This document shows, piece after piece, positions 23,931 through 36,256 of a stretch of DNA of 64,000 nt; the stretch's first letter is position 1, and each line of letters begins with the position of its first letter. The position numbers and the translations under genes are program-made. The notes under the pieces were generated by a model. That model was not told where the DNA came from. It was given only the letters and a program-made list of their open reading frames with translations, and searched no databases. The stretch is taken from assembly GCA_034226945.1 (NCBI GenBank), contig CP120457.1:434001-498000 (forward strand), read 5' to 3'. The stretch is from Picochlorum sp. SENEW3. Lineage: Eukaryota.

Positions 23931-24037
23931 TGTTGTGTGTCAACCGCATCCTTTTGTGTGTAGTACAGATGTCATTTGCATACATGTATACACATGATGT
24001 AACTACACTATCGATTAAATATTGTACAAGTATAGAT

Positions 24038-24988
24038 TTATGCCTGTTTACGTTGCAAGGCCAGGGTGACTGCTGCGAGACCTGCAGATAGCTTTGGCGA
24101 GATTTCCTCATAAATTGTCCATACAAGGGCAGTTTGTAACGTTCGTTTGATCATTCTAGGAGCTGATCCTACCAATAAACCTGAAAATCCTTGACTTTGA
24201 ATAATACTCGTCATAATGGCAAATGTATTCTTTGCATGCTGTGCTGATGCTGGTGATGATGATACCAAGTTGAGTTGCATCCTCGTCCTCACAACATCTG
24301 CTGGCTGTGTCAACAGCGTCGCACCGATTGCAGCTATTGTGCTCGAGGAAAGATTCACTGCTACTTGGGGCATATCCGTTTGTTGTAATCTCGACTGCAG
24401 TCGTGTATAAAACATGTAGTAGAGTGCAGAAAAAGGAGTATTGGATAGAATTGTTGGTCCCAATCCTTTATACAATCCTCTGAACCCTTCCTGCCGCGCA
24501 ATCGTTTTCAACGCATGTAATGTATTTTTATATACAGGAACTGTAGATGGCGCTCCTTGGCTACCTATGTATTCCATCCGAGTCTTTACAACTGTGATTG
24601 GGCAAGACACCACAGCAGCCATGGCTCGAGACAGGCCTCCAGTCATGGCTGCCCCCCAAATTCCCAAAGAAGACTGCCCATCCTTGTTTGTCTCAAAGAT
24701 TGGTTTCAATGTCTCCAGGAAAAAGAAATGCAGCCCAGCACCAACACCCAAACGGACGACGGTGGGTTGGGTTCCCTGCCACAGAGCCTTGATACCATTT
24801 TCTCCAACAATCTTCCGAATTGTACCAGTCGTCGTAACAGCCAATCTTTGGGCACTATCAGCTTGCATTCTAGTCCTAATTACATCCAATGGCTGCACAC
24901 AGGCACTCACCAAGGCGCCCGAGAGTGACCCAGACAAGGCCGAAGCTAGTCTGCTGGGCTTTGGCTCTCGAGCCACCGATGTCGTCAT
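24038..24988 (-). CDS. Mitochondrial carrier, SLC25A38/Hem25 glycine-transporter-like
   Basis: Three PxDxxxTR-type repeats (QPLDVIRTRMQ, CPITVVKTRME, QPADVVRTRMQ), and WTIYE. Confidence 0.88.
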   Translation of the reverse strand: MTTSVAREPKPSRLASALSGSLSGALVSACVQPLDVIRTRMQADSAQRLAVTTTGTIRKIVGENGIKALWQGTQPTVVRLGVGAGLHFFFLETLKPIFETNKDGQSSLGIWGAAMTGGLSRAMAAVVSCPITVVKTRMEYIGSQGAPSTVPVYKNTLHALKTIARQEGFRGLYKGLGPTILSNTPFSALYYMFYTRLQSRLQQTDMPQVAVNLSSSTIAAIGATLLTQPADVVRTRMQLNLVSSSPASAQHAKNTFAIMTSIIQSQGFSGLLVGSAPRMIKRTLQTALVWTIYEEISPKLSAGLAAVTLALQRKQA

Positions 24989-25295
24989 TCTCGGTTAGGT
25001 ATACGCTTGTATGGAGTGCATTTTTATTAATAATTAGTTTAAAATTGGTACAACGATCAGATCGGGGCATGGTATTGGTAGAAGGGGAGAAGGAATTTTA
25101 AACATCTATTTACGGACTTTTCTCACGACGAGCAATTCTTGTTGGATGGACTGGACGCATTGTATGCATTACAAATAGAATATATTTCATTACTAGAATG
25201 GTATTTCAGGGATAGATAGGGACTGTCGTGACTATAGACAGCGTGGACTGCATTTTGTGCAATTAATTTCTGCTCAAATAGGCCACTGCGATAGC

Positions 25296-27680
25296 ATGGA
25301 GCAGAAAAAGAAGAAGAAACGTTCTCTAAGGAAAGTTAGGCCTAGTTTCATCGACAGCCAGGATGAAGAGGCAAGCGAAGAAGAGACAGGTCTTAATCTT
25401 GCACCGGCAAGCATACTTGCTGCTCGGAAACAGAAGAAAAAGGATGGTTTGGTGAGAACTAGTACAAAGACGAATGAAGGAAATCGAATAGAGGTCGGTG
25501 CGTCAACGCATGCGCCTCCTGTAGGCATTTCTTCTGAAGGCAAGGCAGGTAGTTCAGTGTACCAAAGTGGGGAGGATTACAGTGCGGAGCGGCTGAAAGA
25601 ACTGGCTCAGATGACATCTCGACGACCTGTTGATAGGCGTGAAGATATTGAAGTTAGAGTGAGTGGGTCGTTCAAAGGGCAGGGTGGAAATGGGTATGCT
25701 AGGGAAGCTGTGTCAACTGCTTTTAGAGCTGTTGAGGAGGTGATGGTTGAAGACCAAAGTGTTCAGCCTATGGAGGAAGAGGATGATATCCCAGATGAAG
25801 ATGCAATACGTGCAGCCAAGCAAAAGAGGGAGAGGCTTCGTAGTAATGGGGGTGTGGCAGTTGATTATATTCCTCTGGTTCCTACAGATGAGCAAGGTCA
25901 TGGTGTGCGTCCGTCTGATGCTCCAGGAGCAGTGGGTGGTGATGTTGGATCTGATGAAGATGCTGCTGCTGCATTTGAGGAGTGGAGTCGAGATCAAATA
26001 CGCAAGGGTATGAGCTCTGGATTTCTGAGAGAGAGTGATCATGTTGCTGTGCAGCCTCACTCGGTGCCTCAGGCACCTGCAAACAACAAATTCTTGCGTG
26101 AGGATTCTTTGGATCCAGAAGCAATAGCAGATAGAATTCTAGAGAATATTGATTCTCAGCTGCATCGGATCCATCTTGCATGTAAGCAGCATGAGAATGG
26201 GATATCTCGTGCAGCACTAAATCTCAAGGATATTGGCGCGCGGATCCAGGAGGATGAATCTTTGCTCCATGAACTGAATGCCGAATTTTTACAGGCCCAA
26301 CAGATGAAGAACTATGTCGAAGCCCTGTGCTCGTTGTTGGAGGAAAAGTCTCCAATCATTGAGGAGTTGCAGGATCAGCTACTGAAGAGCAGGAGCTCAA
26401 GGGCAGCGTCCAAAGCCGAGAGGCATCGAATTCGTCTGCAGGAGTTGCTTCTATGTGCTTCTAAAGGAGTAGAATCTGCAGCCGAAGTGCTCGGCAGGGG
26501 TGGATTGGAAACAGAGGCAAGGCTAGCTGCTGATAAAGCAGTTTCTGAAGCAGAATCTGATCTGTGTGATGGAAAGCATATTCCAGTCGAGTTGGACGAG
26601 TTTGGTCGGGATTTGAATATTGATAAACGGATGAAAATCAAAGATAGAATAGTGTCCATGAATGGCGTGTTCGCGGCGATGGATATCACCATTCAACAAG
26701 ATGGCGTCATAGGAGACGTTTCAGATGATGAATCAGATGGAGAGGTGGCCGAGTTCCAACAGAGGGCGCAGGACATAATGACCGAAAGAAGAACCCTATT
26801 CGATGACTCAAAAGAAGAATACTGTGATATTGAAGCAATCAAAAAGAATTTGGAGTCCTGGAAGCATTCATACGCTGGTCAATATGATTCCACCTTTATG
26901 GGGTTGTCTGCTCCAGCATTGTTTGCCCCATTTGTCAGATTGGAACTACTCTCATGGGACCCCTTGAACCCGATGCAACCATCATTCACGCAGCATCATT
27001 GGTATACAGTGCTCTTCAACTACGGAATCCATGCTCCCGAGTCCGATCCAGATCACCAATTGATACCCACCCTTGTAAGGAGTATTGTGCTCCCAAGCAT
27101 TGTGGACATGGCAGAACGTGTTTGGGACCCGTGCAGTGTGGCTCAATCTCGGTCCCTCTCTACTATCTTTGGAGATTCAATGGTATATCTTGATCCGCAC
27201 GATGAGAAAATTGTAGAGATGGTGGATGTCATTAGGAAAAAAATGATGGCTCAGGTAGAGGCATTGCATCCTCTATCATGGCCCCCATCAGCCATGGCAG
27301 TAACCACACGAGCCAAAACCAGCTGGTCCATCCTCTTCAGGAAGAACCTTAATGTATTGAAATCTCTTGTCAGTTTTTGGAACATTCTGCCCGTCAACGT
27401 CTTGGACAGCGTTGCATTTGCTGCATTAGGAAAATCAATTGTGCAATTGATCAGAGCTGTCCTCTTGGAGAAGAATACATGCATGGCGATGGTGTCTGAA
27501 ACTGCTAATGCCCTTCCAAAAGATCTTCTTGAAGCCAAAAGCCATTATCCCGGACTCGAAGGATTTGTTGGCGAGCTCTCAGCCATCCTCAAAGCCATCT
27601 CTGATGCTAGTCCGCCAGATGATGCCGTTGCACAATCGTCTATAGATGCGTTGCTCGCCACATTTGGTGCTACAAAGTAG
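25296..27680 (+). CDS. GCFC/PAXBP1/ILP1 (NTR2-like) spliceosome-associated protein
   Basis: AAKQKRERLR...DYIPL, LDEFGRDLN, FAPFVRLELLSWDPL, WDPCS. Confidence 0.88.
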   Translation: MEQKKKKKRSLRKVRPSFIDSQDEEASEEETGLNLAPASILAARKQKKKDGLVRTSTKTNEGNRIEVGASTHAPPVGISSEGKAGSSVYQSGEDYSAERLKELAQMTSRRPVDRREDIEVRVSGSFKGQGGNGYAREAVSTAFRAVEEVMVEDQSVQPMEEEDDIPDEDAIRAAKQKRERLRSNGGVAVDYIPLVPTDEQGHGVRPSDAPGAVGGDVGSDEDAAAAFEEWSRDQIRKGMSSGFLRESDHVAVQPHSVPQAPANNKFLREDSLDPEAIADRILENIDSQLHRIHLACKQHENGISRAALNLKDIGARIQEDESLLHELNAEFLQAQQMKNYVEALCSLLEEKSPIIEELQDQLLKSRSSRAASKAERHRIRLQELLLCASKGVESAAEVLGRGGLETEARLAADKAVSEAESDLCDGKHIPVELDEFGRDLNIDKRMKIKDRIVSMNGVFAAMDITIQQDGVIGDVSDDESDGEVAEFQQRAQDIMTERRTLFDDSKEEYCDIEAIKKNLESWKHSYAGQYDSTFMGLSAPALFAPFVRLELLSWDPLNPMQPSFTQHHWYTVLFNYGIHAPESDPDHQLIPTLVRSIVLPSIVDMAERVWDPCSVAQSRSLSTIFGDSMVYLDPHDEKIVEMVDVIRKKMMAQVEALHPLSWPPSAMAVTTRAKTSWSILFRKNLNVLKSLVSFWNILPVNVLDSVAFAALGKSIVQLIRAVLLEKNTCMAMVSETANALPKDLLEAKSHYPGLEGFVGELSAILKAISDASPPDDAVAQSSIDALLATFGATK

Positions 27681-27781
27681 CATTAAATTTTATTTATTTA
27701 TTTATTATGGTACAATAGATGCACCTAAACTATTTATAGTCCGAATGCGTAGAAATCTAAGTTGAAAAAGAAAACAGGTAC

Positions 27782-28673
27782 ATGTTGAGTGCACAAGGAT
27801 TTCGTCGTTTTGCGAGCCTGCAAAAGACATGCACGTATTTCCGCACTAGAAAATGCACAAGATCACATTGTGTCTCGGTGGATGCTGTGCGGGGGCGTGT
27901 AGAGGCAGAGGAAAATGTTCGTTTGTTCCCAGAGCTCTATGAAGAAACTGCCTGCAAACGAATTCTTCTATCCATAGATCCTGACATCAACGGTGCTCTC
28001 TCGACATTTACTTGGAATGAAAACCAAGATGTATCGGGCCTCTCGCCGTATAACATGATTAGAACAGCTGACATTCAGGTATTTGACATGCCAACTGAAA
28101 TCTGGCAGATGCGTAGCAGAGAGAAGCGAAGGCCGTCTCCAGAAGCACTCGTGTCTTTTATGAAGCAGCATTTAGAAATTTCTTGCGACAAAAGTAATGT
28201 CGTAGCTCGGGCCGCCGTCGAATTCACAACTCCCACGCATTTGAGTGGGAAGTTTGCATGGTATGATTCTGGCTTTGCCTCTGGAATGTTGTACGGCATC
28301 TTCCATGCCATGGGCATTCCATATGAACGCGTTCCTGTATCCTCATGGAAGAAAGACTTTATGTTGACAAAATTAGGAAAGCCAGGTAGCATGGCATTAG
28401 CAAGGGAATTATTTGCCCAACAGAGTGATGAATACTTGCGGTATGTTTTGATGATGCAGACTCCACAAGAGTTTTCTTCCTTTAAAAAATGAATCCATCA
28501 TCATCATCATCATCATCACCCTCTTACGTTTATTATCCATGTGTAGGCGGAAGAAAGACCACGGTAGAGCAGAATCATTATTAATAGGAGCTTGGGCACT
28601 GGGTCTGCGACCAGGGGGCAGTAGTGATGATTGGGAGTGGCCAGACATTGAATCAATGATTGATGACACATAA
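27782..28673 (+). CDS. MOC1: Plastid Holliday junction resolvase MOC1 (RuvC fold)
   Basis: SIDPDINGAL, VFDMP, VE, WKKDF, R|RKKDHGRAESLLI. Intron 28441-28546. Confidence 0.88.
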
Positions 28674-28805
28674 TACTACCAGCCGCATGAACACAACAAG
28701 GCATTGTTCTTTCGTCAGGAAATGTCTTGACTTGCAGAGATGTATCTCTTGTATATTATTACAACAATGAAAGAAACAAAAGTTATGCAATGGTTATTGG
28801 AACAC

Positions 28806-29807
28806 CTACGACGCATCCCGTATACCCTCTTCTCCCCACGATTCAACGCTACTTGTATCTTCTGGCGTTATAATACTATACGGCGACGACGCATCCTTCC
28901 CACTATGCGCATGTTCCTCATGCATGTGATGCTGATACAACATGGCACGCCCCTTTGCTTGATCCACGCACATCCTAGCCTCCTCCAACTCACAATAACA
29001 ATCCTGATATCGTAGTATACCTTGTAATAAATCGATGAATGAAAACTCTGGCCACAGCTTGGGAGAAAAATGCAAAAGACAGCACTTGCTCTGTCGCATC
29101 ATGAAATCACTCAACCGAGTCTCTCCAGACGTCCGTATAAGCAAATCAATCGGCGGGCACCCCGCCGTATATAAATATTCATCCATATGACTACACACTC
29201 CCCGCATGTTGTCCGCCGCAGCCAGTCCTGATGCATGCATCATCTCTTCACTAGACCTGCACATCCACATACGTATCACATCAACCATTGCCACAAAACC
29301 GCCGATATACACATCCCACACGTACGTATATGAAAAGCAAATGTTCAAAGTACATCGATCATTATCCCGGGTAGCCTCTGCCACACGCTCTGCTGCCTCT
29401 TGCACCCGCTTTGGTGCCAACGACACATCACCAAGAACCTGCACCCGAATGCCTCGCTCTCTCAATGTCTCAGACTCTCTACACAACTCTAACAGTTTTG
29501 ATTCCCCCAGATCCATCAATGTATCCACCTCCTCTTCGCTACGCTTGTAATTATCAATACTAAAGGCATAGACACTAACCACAGACACCTTCAACTCCAA
29601 GCACCACTGTAAGCAGTCTAGCAGCACCTCGTACCCAGCTGAATGCCCCAAACTTGTTCGTATACCTAATTTCTGAGCATATCGTCTATTCCCATCCATA
29701 ATGAACCCAATATGCCTCGGCGTGGTTTTGTAACACACGACTGCAGCCAACAGTTTCCTCAAAGCTTCCTGCGCTTTGGCAAACAACCCATCTATATGTC
29801 CATTCAT
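28806..29807 (-). CDS. cis-prenyltransferase (DHDDS/UPPS family)
   Basis: PRHIGFIMDGNRRYA, YAFSIDNYKRS, DLLIRTSGETRLSDF, WPEF. A probable in-frame intron near 29255-29327. Confidence 0.93.
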   Translation of the reverse strand: MNGHIDGLFAKAQEALRKLLAAVVCYKTTPRHIGFIMDGNRRYAQKLGIRTSLGHSAGYEVLLDCLQWCLELKVSVVSVYAFSIDNYKRSEEEVDTLMDLGESKLLELCRESETLRERGIRVQVLGDVSLAPKRVQEAAERVAEATRDNDRCTLNICFSYTYVWDVYIGGFVAMVDVIRMWMCRSSEEMMHASGLAAADNMRGVCSHMDEYLYTAGCPPIDLLIRTSGETRLSDFMMRQSKCCLLHFSPKLWPEFSFIDLLQGILRYQDCYCELEEARMCVDQAKGRAMLYQHHMHEEHAHSGKDASSPYSIITPEDTSSVESWGEEGIRDAS

Positions 29808-29993
29808 GGTGAAATTAAGCTATCTGTTTCATCAATAATACAATATGAGCCATGTTTGTGTACTTTGAGTGATTGGAATCAAACAAGTCAATGCCGCCCA
29901 CTGTATTGCCTAGATCACAGAATAATGCACAACATGATGAAAATTAAACAATAAAAGTGATGAAAAAATCAAAGAATCGGTGGGAATGCAAAT

Positions 29994-31632
29994 TTACTCT
30001 TCTGAGGGGAGATTGCTGTCCTCCTCCTTGGTTTCATCCTCTGCAGAGGGCTTGATGAAGGACAAGGATTTGGTGGTTGAATTCAATGCTTTCGAATCGC
30101 ATACCAATCCGACGCTTTCAAACAATGCTCCCAAGTCTCTCTCAATATAATCTCGATAGAATGGTTCATTGAAATCACCGAAATTGCCCAATGTGGCATC
30201 CATGGATGGTCTGTCTCCCAACTGCGCAGAGTCTGTCAGAACAACCATGCCTCCTGGTTTCAATACTCTGGCCATCTCTGCGGCAGCTTTTTCCTGAGAT
30301 TCAGCTGGTAACTCATGGAAGAGGTATACGCTGTAGACCACATCCATGCTCTCTGATGGAATGTCAAGGTCTTCTGCTGGGGTTTGGATGAAGCTGACTC
30401 CGTTCCCGTCAACGCCTGACAAGCTCAACGAAGGACTTCTCTTTCTTTTCCAATACTTGAGGTTATTCCTTGCTTCTTGGAGATAGAATGGAGACAGATC
30501 AGTCACCGTCAAATCCAGGCTAGGGTAATTGTCCTTGACAAAGGTGGCAAACCTTCCTGTTCCACATGCCACTTCCAATGCTTTGATCTGGGATGCATCT
30601 TTTCCTCTCATATAATCGCTCAAAAGCAGCAGTGTTGTTCTCTGCATTGCATCTTGGCGTCCTACGAACAACGTCTCTGTGGATGCTTCATACACTTGGG
30701 CAGATCTGCTGCTCATCCATCCATCGGTTTGGTAGTGAAAGGTGTTTTGGAAGTAATCAGGGATATTGAATCCTTTGATCCACACATCTTCCACTCGACC
30801 TTCTTCCCTACGACGCAACGTATCTGTTGCTTCTGTCACAAAGGCTGCTGCTTTGCGGGCAATATACAGAGGATTAAACTGTCTGTGTGACGTGGTCACC
30901 ATGTCCCATGGCAATGTATATCGACCCTCTTTGATGTTCTCATAATCCTGGTAGTACGACATACAGGCTTCTGCCAATGGACCTTGCCATCCATTACGCG
31001 CAATGGCTTCCATACGCGTCAGGACGTCTGTACTTCTCGAATCCCTGTTGGCAGCTGATCTGGCATAGGACAATCCAAGGATGGCTTGCACAGAGAAGAA
31101 CCCAGAACGGAGTGCGTGGTACGCCCAATACTGCGCCGCTTCAGTGCTCTGCAGAATAGCAGAGCTCGACAAAGCTTTTGTCACAGTCTCTTGGAACGCA
31201 CGCAGTCTGTCACTCACAGGAGATGCTTCATCCAAGACATCCTTGAGAGCTTCCCTGGAGCTGAAATTCTTCCAAAACTCCACACTCCAGTGCTCTGTGA
31301 ACTTTTCAGCATCCAACTCCGCAGGATATACAGCAGTATCTCTGTCTGATCTGTCACTGGTATCCAAACGATCATCCTTCATGGTGACCACGTCCTCGAG
31401 GGCTGCCATGGTCCTCGTACCAGCAAACCTGCTGCTGCTTGGTTTTTGACCATGAGAGTTTCTCCTTCGTGCTCCCTGCGTGCAATTATACCCATAAATC
31501 CTTATTAAATACAGAGTATCGTATATATTAACGGTATTACAGACACTGTCGTACCTGCTGGAAAGCGAGGCGGACATGTGGAGTGGTTGCTTTGCCACGT
31601 GAGGCAATACGAGCTTGTCTACACACAAGCAT
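29994..31632 (-). CDS. Class I SAM-dependent methyltransferase, predicted plastid
   Basis: FHYQTDGW, LEVACGTGRF, DLSPFYL, YLFHELP, RVLKPGG. Transit-peptide exon 31632-31555, intron 31554-31476. Confidence 0.88.
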
Positions 31633-31888
31633 TCTCCTATTACTACTACTACTACCCTAAGGTATTTGTAAACAACAAATGATTTTACGTATACTTTACA
31701 GAGGATGGATGGTCAAGAATGGAAAATTCTGAACACAGAGGATGCCATGCGCGGTGTGTGGTCCTGGATGCATCTCATCCCGACGAGATGATCTGGTGTT
31801 GCTGTTCCAACAACACGAATGCCAAGGTCTCGGGTGACATGGCCAAAAAGAAACCTCCATCAGTGCACCATATTTCTATTACTACTAT

Positions 31889-33284
31889 TCATGGGGATTT
31901 GGTTTCTTTGAGTTGCCGAATTTCTTCCATCAATGAATCAATGATTTGATTCTTTCTCTGCAATTCTGCTCTCAAGGAACTGACAATGGAAACATCATCT
32001 TCTTCATCGTTTTCTTCTCCTTCTTCATCTTCTTTAGTACACGCCATGGTCATCGATCGAGTCAATTCTTCGGTTTCTGTAAATCCCAAGCATTTGAGAG
32101 GGAACACAAGACACGGGCAGGACACCTTGTTGATCAGGTATGAGCTCACACTGCCTCCTGAAAAGGTTTTCCTCAGTCGTCCCGCGCTCCGGGAACTAAT
32201 AATGAGCAAATCAATGTGCTCTTCTTCACAAAATTGGGCGACACCTTGCTTTGGATCTCCCTGCACCATGGCATAAAGATTCATAAAGATTCACTCAGTA
32301 TACCCATGTATTCACTACAATCTGTGACGTGAAGAATACTCATACCTTTAACACCACATCCAAGTGGGCATCATAATCGTTCAACGCCTGCGCTACCAGG
32401 CCTAAATGCTGCACATTGAGTGTACTAGGAGATGCAACAGCATCTCCTGGGCTGCCGACAGGCAACCCAATGTTGGATACACGCTTCAGCAAAGACTTTG
32501 TCTGTTTATATACGGCCGCAGCCTTCTTTCCAGATGCAGAACAATGCACCATGAATATCTCGTCATTTGCCAGCAAGACAAGCCTCTTAGCAAGCTCCAC
32601 CATGTGATACCCAACCTCGCTTGAAGAGTATGCAATCGCAATCTTTCGTCTCGGAGCATCATCCGGAGACAACTGTGCTCCCATTGACATCCGACGGGTG
32701 GGAGACATGGGCTTGTCCTGTGACGATATCCTCAGCTGACCAGACACAACAGAGTCCTGCCGAACAATAATAAAAGGCCTACTTACATGAGTCTTCACCC
32801 ACTCGCTCGCTGACGTCACTCGAAACCCCCCTTGTCTGGGAAAATCATCCCCCACAAGAACCAAACTGATGTCATAACGCTCCAAAAACTCTCGAATATT
32901 GCTCTGTAAGCTACCATGCAGACTCACAACACTGTAGTTCCACCCCTGTAAACACGTCTCCAAGTTTGCACACAACGGCCCTGCCATATCCCATGATTCG
33001 TTTTTACCAGTATGAACAATCACTATTTCATCCAAATCTTTCTACAGTATGGAGATGGGCGAGTGGTTTTTAATTTCATTCAACACAAAGAAACAGCGTG
33101 GAATCGCGGGTTTGACAAAGATAAACAGCATAAAACCATGTATATGAATTACATGTTACAAACATACCCTTAAGAAGTACTGACGAAGCCACGCCCATGC
33201 TAAAACCGTTGTCTGGTGACTCCATTGCGCAACGCAGAGAGCGACCCTCCTAGGATTGGTCTCTGTTGAACTCTCTGGTCCCAT
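31889..33284 (-). CDS. Tandem universal stress protein (USP) domain protein
   Basis: RRVALCV, RRKIAIAY, GDPKQGVAQF...DLLIISSR...GSVSSYL...CPCLV. Multi-exon. Confidence 0.8.
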
Positions 33285-33380
33285 AGATCAGTTATTATGC
33301 TACAATCAATGAACTAAATGATTTACCACAAGGCTAAACGGCGTCAATCTATTGATTGAAACAATCTACACCCCTATGTC

Positions 33381-35117
33381 TCAGAAGAGATGAAGCAAAA
33401 CTGAGATCAATACTGCTATCAACGCAAATGCATCTGATCTCTGATAATTGCTGCTTGATGGCTGACTTGGGGCAGCATTGCCAAGGGTTTCCTTGAGCCA
33501 TGGGAAGACAGCCTCTGCCTGAGTCTGCAAGGCTCCAGATTGGCTGTGCAAAGCACCTCCAGTCTCTGCAGTGAAATTCACAAGCTTGGATACATCTTGT
33601 ATATCCTGAGGTAACTGATTGAAATACTCCTCTTCCTGGCCACCCATGAGGTTGTCCTGGGTTCCGCTAAGTACCAAGATGGGGATTTTGGTGGTTGAGA
33701 TGTCTGTATTGGTAAAATTCAGGACTCCTTGGTATCCCAGGTATGTTGCATCAATAATCTCTGTAACGTTGGAGGTGACGATTCCAGCGTAATCCATGAT
33801 CGAATACACATAGTCTGGAAGCACATCGATGAGTTCATCCGGAGACGCATCGAACATGGTTGTCCAGATGGAGCGTGCAGCAGAATCATCATCACATTCC
33901 TGAAGTAATGGCCTCAGAATCTTGTCCACCACAGTCGTTGAATTTTGGAGGGCCTCAGCATAGCCTTCTGGTATATCAGATGAATTCAATTTTGCCATGG
34001 GGACGAACAGTTTCTCAATCAAACCATTCGCATACGGTGGAATCATGCTGACAACGGCAGGAGTGACAATGCATGCTTTGAGTGAATCCTTTGGCAGCAC
34101 ACTGCATGCTTTCCCAACCAAATATCCACCGAGAGACACCCCCCATAGAACTATATCATCCAAAGAGACGTATCTCTGAATATTTTCATTCGTTTTCACT
34201 TCAGATAAAACCGACTCGATCACAGTCTCCCAGTCAGGCACCAATGGCATGTAGGGTTCTTGTCTCTTGACCTGACCCTGCCCAGGTCCATCAAAGATGA
34301 GCACAGCATAGCCATTTTCTAGGGATTGGGACCCACCGAAAGGAAAAATGGCTTCTTTAGGATAATCTGTTCCAGTATTGAGGATGACTAACGGCAGCTT
34401 TTTGGTAGGGTCAGGAGTGATGAACACGCCTGGGAGGTCTACAGACACTGTCCCATTTGAGAAGGGAATGTCGAGATATTCGACAGTATACCCGCGAGAC
34501 GTTTTGAGATTCGTCAAATAATCATCAAACGCTTTCGTTGAATTCTCAGCTGCACGCAAACCTCCTTCGCTCACAGGGAATGGCCATTGTGAGATGAAGT
34601 AGTACTGACTCGCTCTGTACAGCATTGATGCCTTTGCTTCATCGCTCAACTGACTGGCATCATTGGATGCTGTTGCCACGAGTCGATTAGCCAAATCCAC
34701 CCAAGAATCTCTCCAAATATCGAACACATCAAGGACATTATCCTCATACTGTGTCAAGTTTCCCAACCTGTCGCTTGCATTAAGCCTGTTGACGACATTG
34801 AAAATCTCCCCTGGCTCTGCCCCGCCATATGCTGTTGCTCCAAGAAGCGCTTGAACTTGGAATGCAACCCATGGTAATTGAGGCATCACCTGGATTAAAT
34901 CAGATGTGGATGGCTGCTGCTCCTCGTACTGAATGGCTGCTTCACCCAAGAGTTCCTGCGCAGCTGTGTTCGTGTCCGCTTGGTCCAAAACCCAAGAGGT
35001 TATTGCGATTGCTTGCTCACATGATGAATTTTGACAAAAGACAGCCACTTGAAGAGTGGATATAATGCTATACAAGACAGCAAACCGCTGAAACGAAAAA
35101 GTCTTGAACGTAAGCAT
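33381..35117 (-). CDS. Secreted, probably GPI-anchored alpha/beta hydrolase (FrsA/DHPON-hydrolase-like)
   Basis: GAEPGE, RASQYY, FDGPGQG, GVSLGG nucleophile elbow, HSQ. Signal peptide and C-terminal hydrophobic tail. Confidence 0.82.
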   Translation of the reverse strand: MLTFKTFSFQRFAVLYSIISTLQVAVFCQNSSCEQAIAITSWVLDQADTNTAAQELLGEAAIQYEEQQPSTSDLIQVMPQLPWVAFQVQALLGATAYGGAEPGEIFNVVNRLNASDRLGNLTQYEDNVLDVFDIWRDSWVDLANRLVATASNDASQLSDEAKASMLYRASQYYFISQWPFPVSEGGLRAAENSTKAFDDYLTNLKTSRGYTVEYLDIPFSNGTVSVDLPGVFITPDPTKKLPLVILNTGTDYPKEAIFPFGGSQSLENGYAVLIFDGPGQGQVKRQEPYMPLVPDWETVIESVLSEVKTNENIQRYVSLDDIVLWGVSLGGYLVGKACSVLPKDSLKACIVTPAVVSMIPPYANGLIEKLFVPMAKLNSSDIPEGYAEALQNSTTVVDKILRPLLQECDDDSAARSIWTTMFDASPDELIDVLPDYVYSIMDYAGIVTSNVTEIIDATYLGYQGVLNFTNTDISTTKIPILVLSGTQDNLMGGQEEEYFNQLPQDIQDVSKLVNFTAETGGALHSQSGALQTQAEAVFPWLKETLGNAAPSQPSSSNYQRSDAFALIAVLISVLLHLF

Positions 35118-35842
35118 GACGCCGTGGACGGAGTACAAAACTTCTCGTGAATACCTTGGTGTCCACTTTTCTGTTAATCTGTGCAATTTGCTGTAAGCAT
35201 TTATTTTAAATTTGGATGAGCATTTATGATCAGTTCGTCATCATTCACTATAGCAAGTCATAGCAAATCATCGAACACAGAATCTGAAAGGCAATACAGA
35301 TGTGAATCCCCAAGACCCACATCAAAACTTTGCTTTGATAGGAGAATGGATGTATTGACACCATGTATCACAAAATCAATCGTTATCCAGGTCGTCTTAC
35401 AGATGATTAAAAAATTCCAGAGGGGTTCCCACAAGGATGGCCTCCTATTCAACCACACAGGACAGAACCAGTCTACTATGGATAATGAGCAGATATGGAT
35501 GTGTCGGCCCCATTTTATCGGAAGGCAAAGGTACAATGGCTTGCATGAACTGATCCAGAGGCTACCATGTCAACAAATATGTATATTCCCGACGTTGAAA
35601 CGTCAAAGCCCTTCTGAATTATGTATTATTAATTATGAGGCACTTGGCTGAATAATAATACTGTAGCAATCCAAGAGAATCCAGCACTGCCATTAGATTA
35701 CTACTATAGTTGAACACGATTTAAAAGCATACGCTTGAGTTTTTTCATGAACTAGCATCAGTTATCATACACATGGAAACAGGTGTTCCAATATAGCTTG
35801 GCATGGACGTCCACAGATCCAAGAGGATGTCTCTCTACCGGG

Positions 35843-36256
35843 TCACACATCCTGCTGAATACTAACAAACGTTCCATCCTCTGTATTCCTCTCCATGGGA
35901 ATGATCTGTGTTACTGCTGATGGGTTGATTCCACCATAAATGTGAGGAAATACAACAATTGCATCGGCATCATCCTTTTGGAACGTCGTTGTTTCCTTAT
36001 CCCCCACAGGTGCAGGAGATTCATATGTAACAGGGGACGCCAGTCGATCTACATCAATGCATAGCACAACCCATTCCTCATCCAAAGGACTATCCGTATA
36101 GAAATGATTTGCTACAGACAACAGCATAGATGGGTCTTTCGTGGCATGAATAAATCCGTCCTGCTCAAATGTGGGTGGATAGTAATACTCGACTGCAGAG
36201 TTGACAACCTCAAGCCACATCCGTTTCGCACACATGTGATATATATAATCAGCCAT
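35843..36256 (-). CDS. DUF952 family protein
   Basis: IYH...W, DGFIHAT, VANHFY, V.YE, FPHIYG.I. Confidence 0.88.
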   Translation of the reverse strand: MADYIYHMCAKRMWLEVVNSAVEYYYPPTFEQDGFIHATKDPSMLLSVANHFYTDSPLDEEWVVLCIDVDRLASPVTYESPAPVGDKETTTFQKDDADAIVVFPHIYGGINPSAVTQIIPMERNTEDGTFVSIQQDV

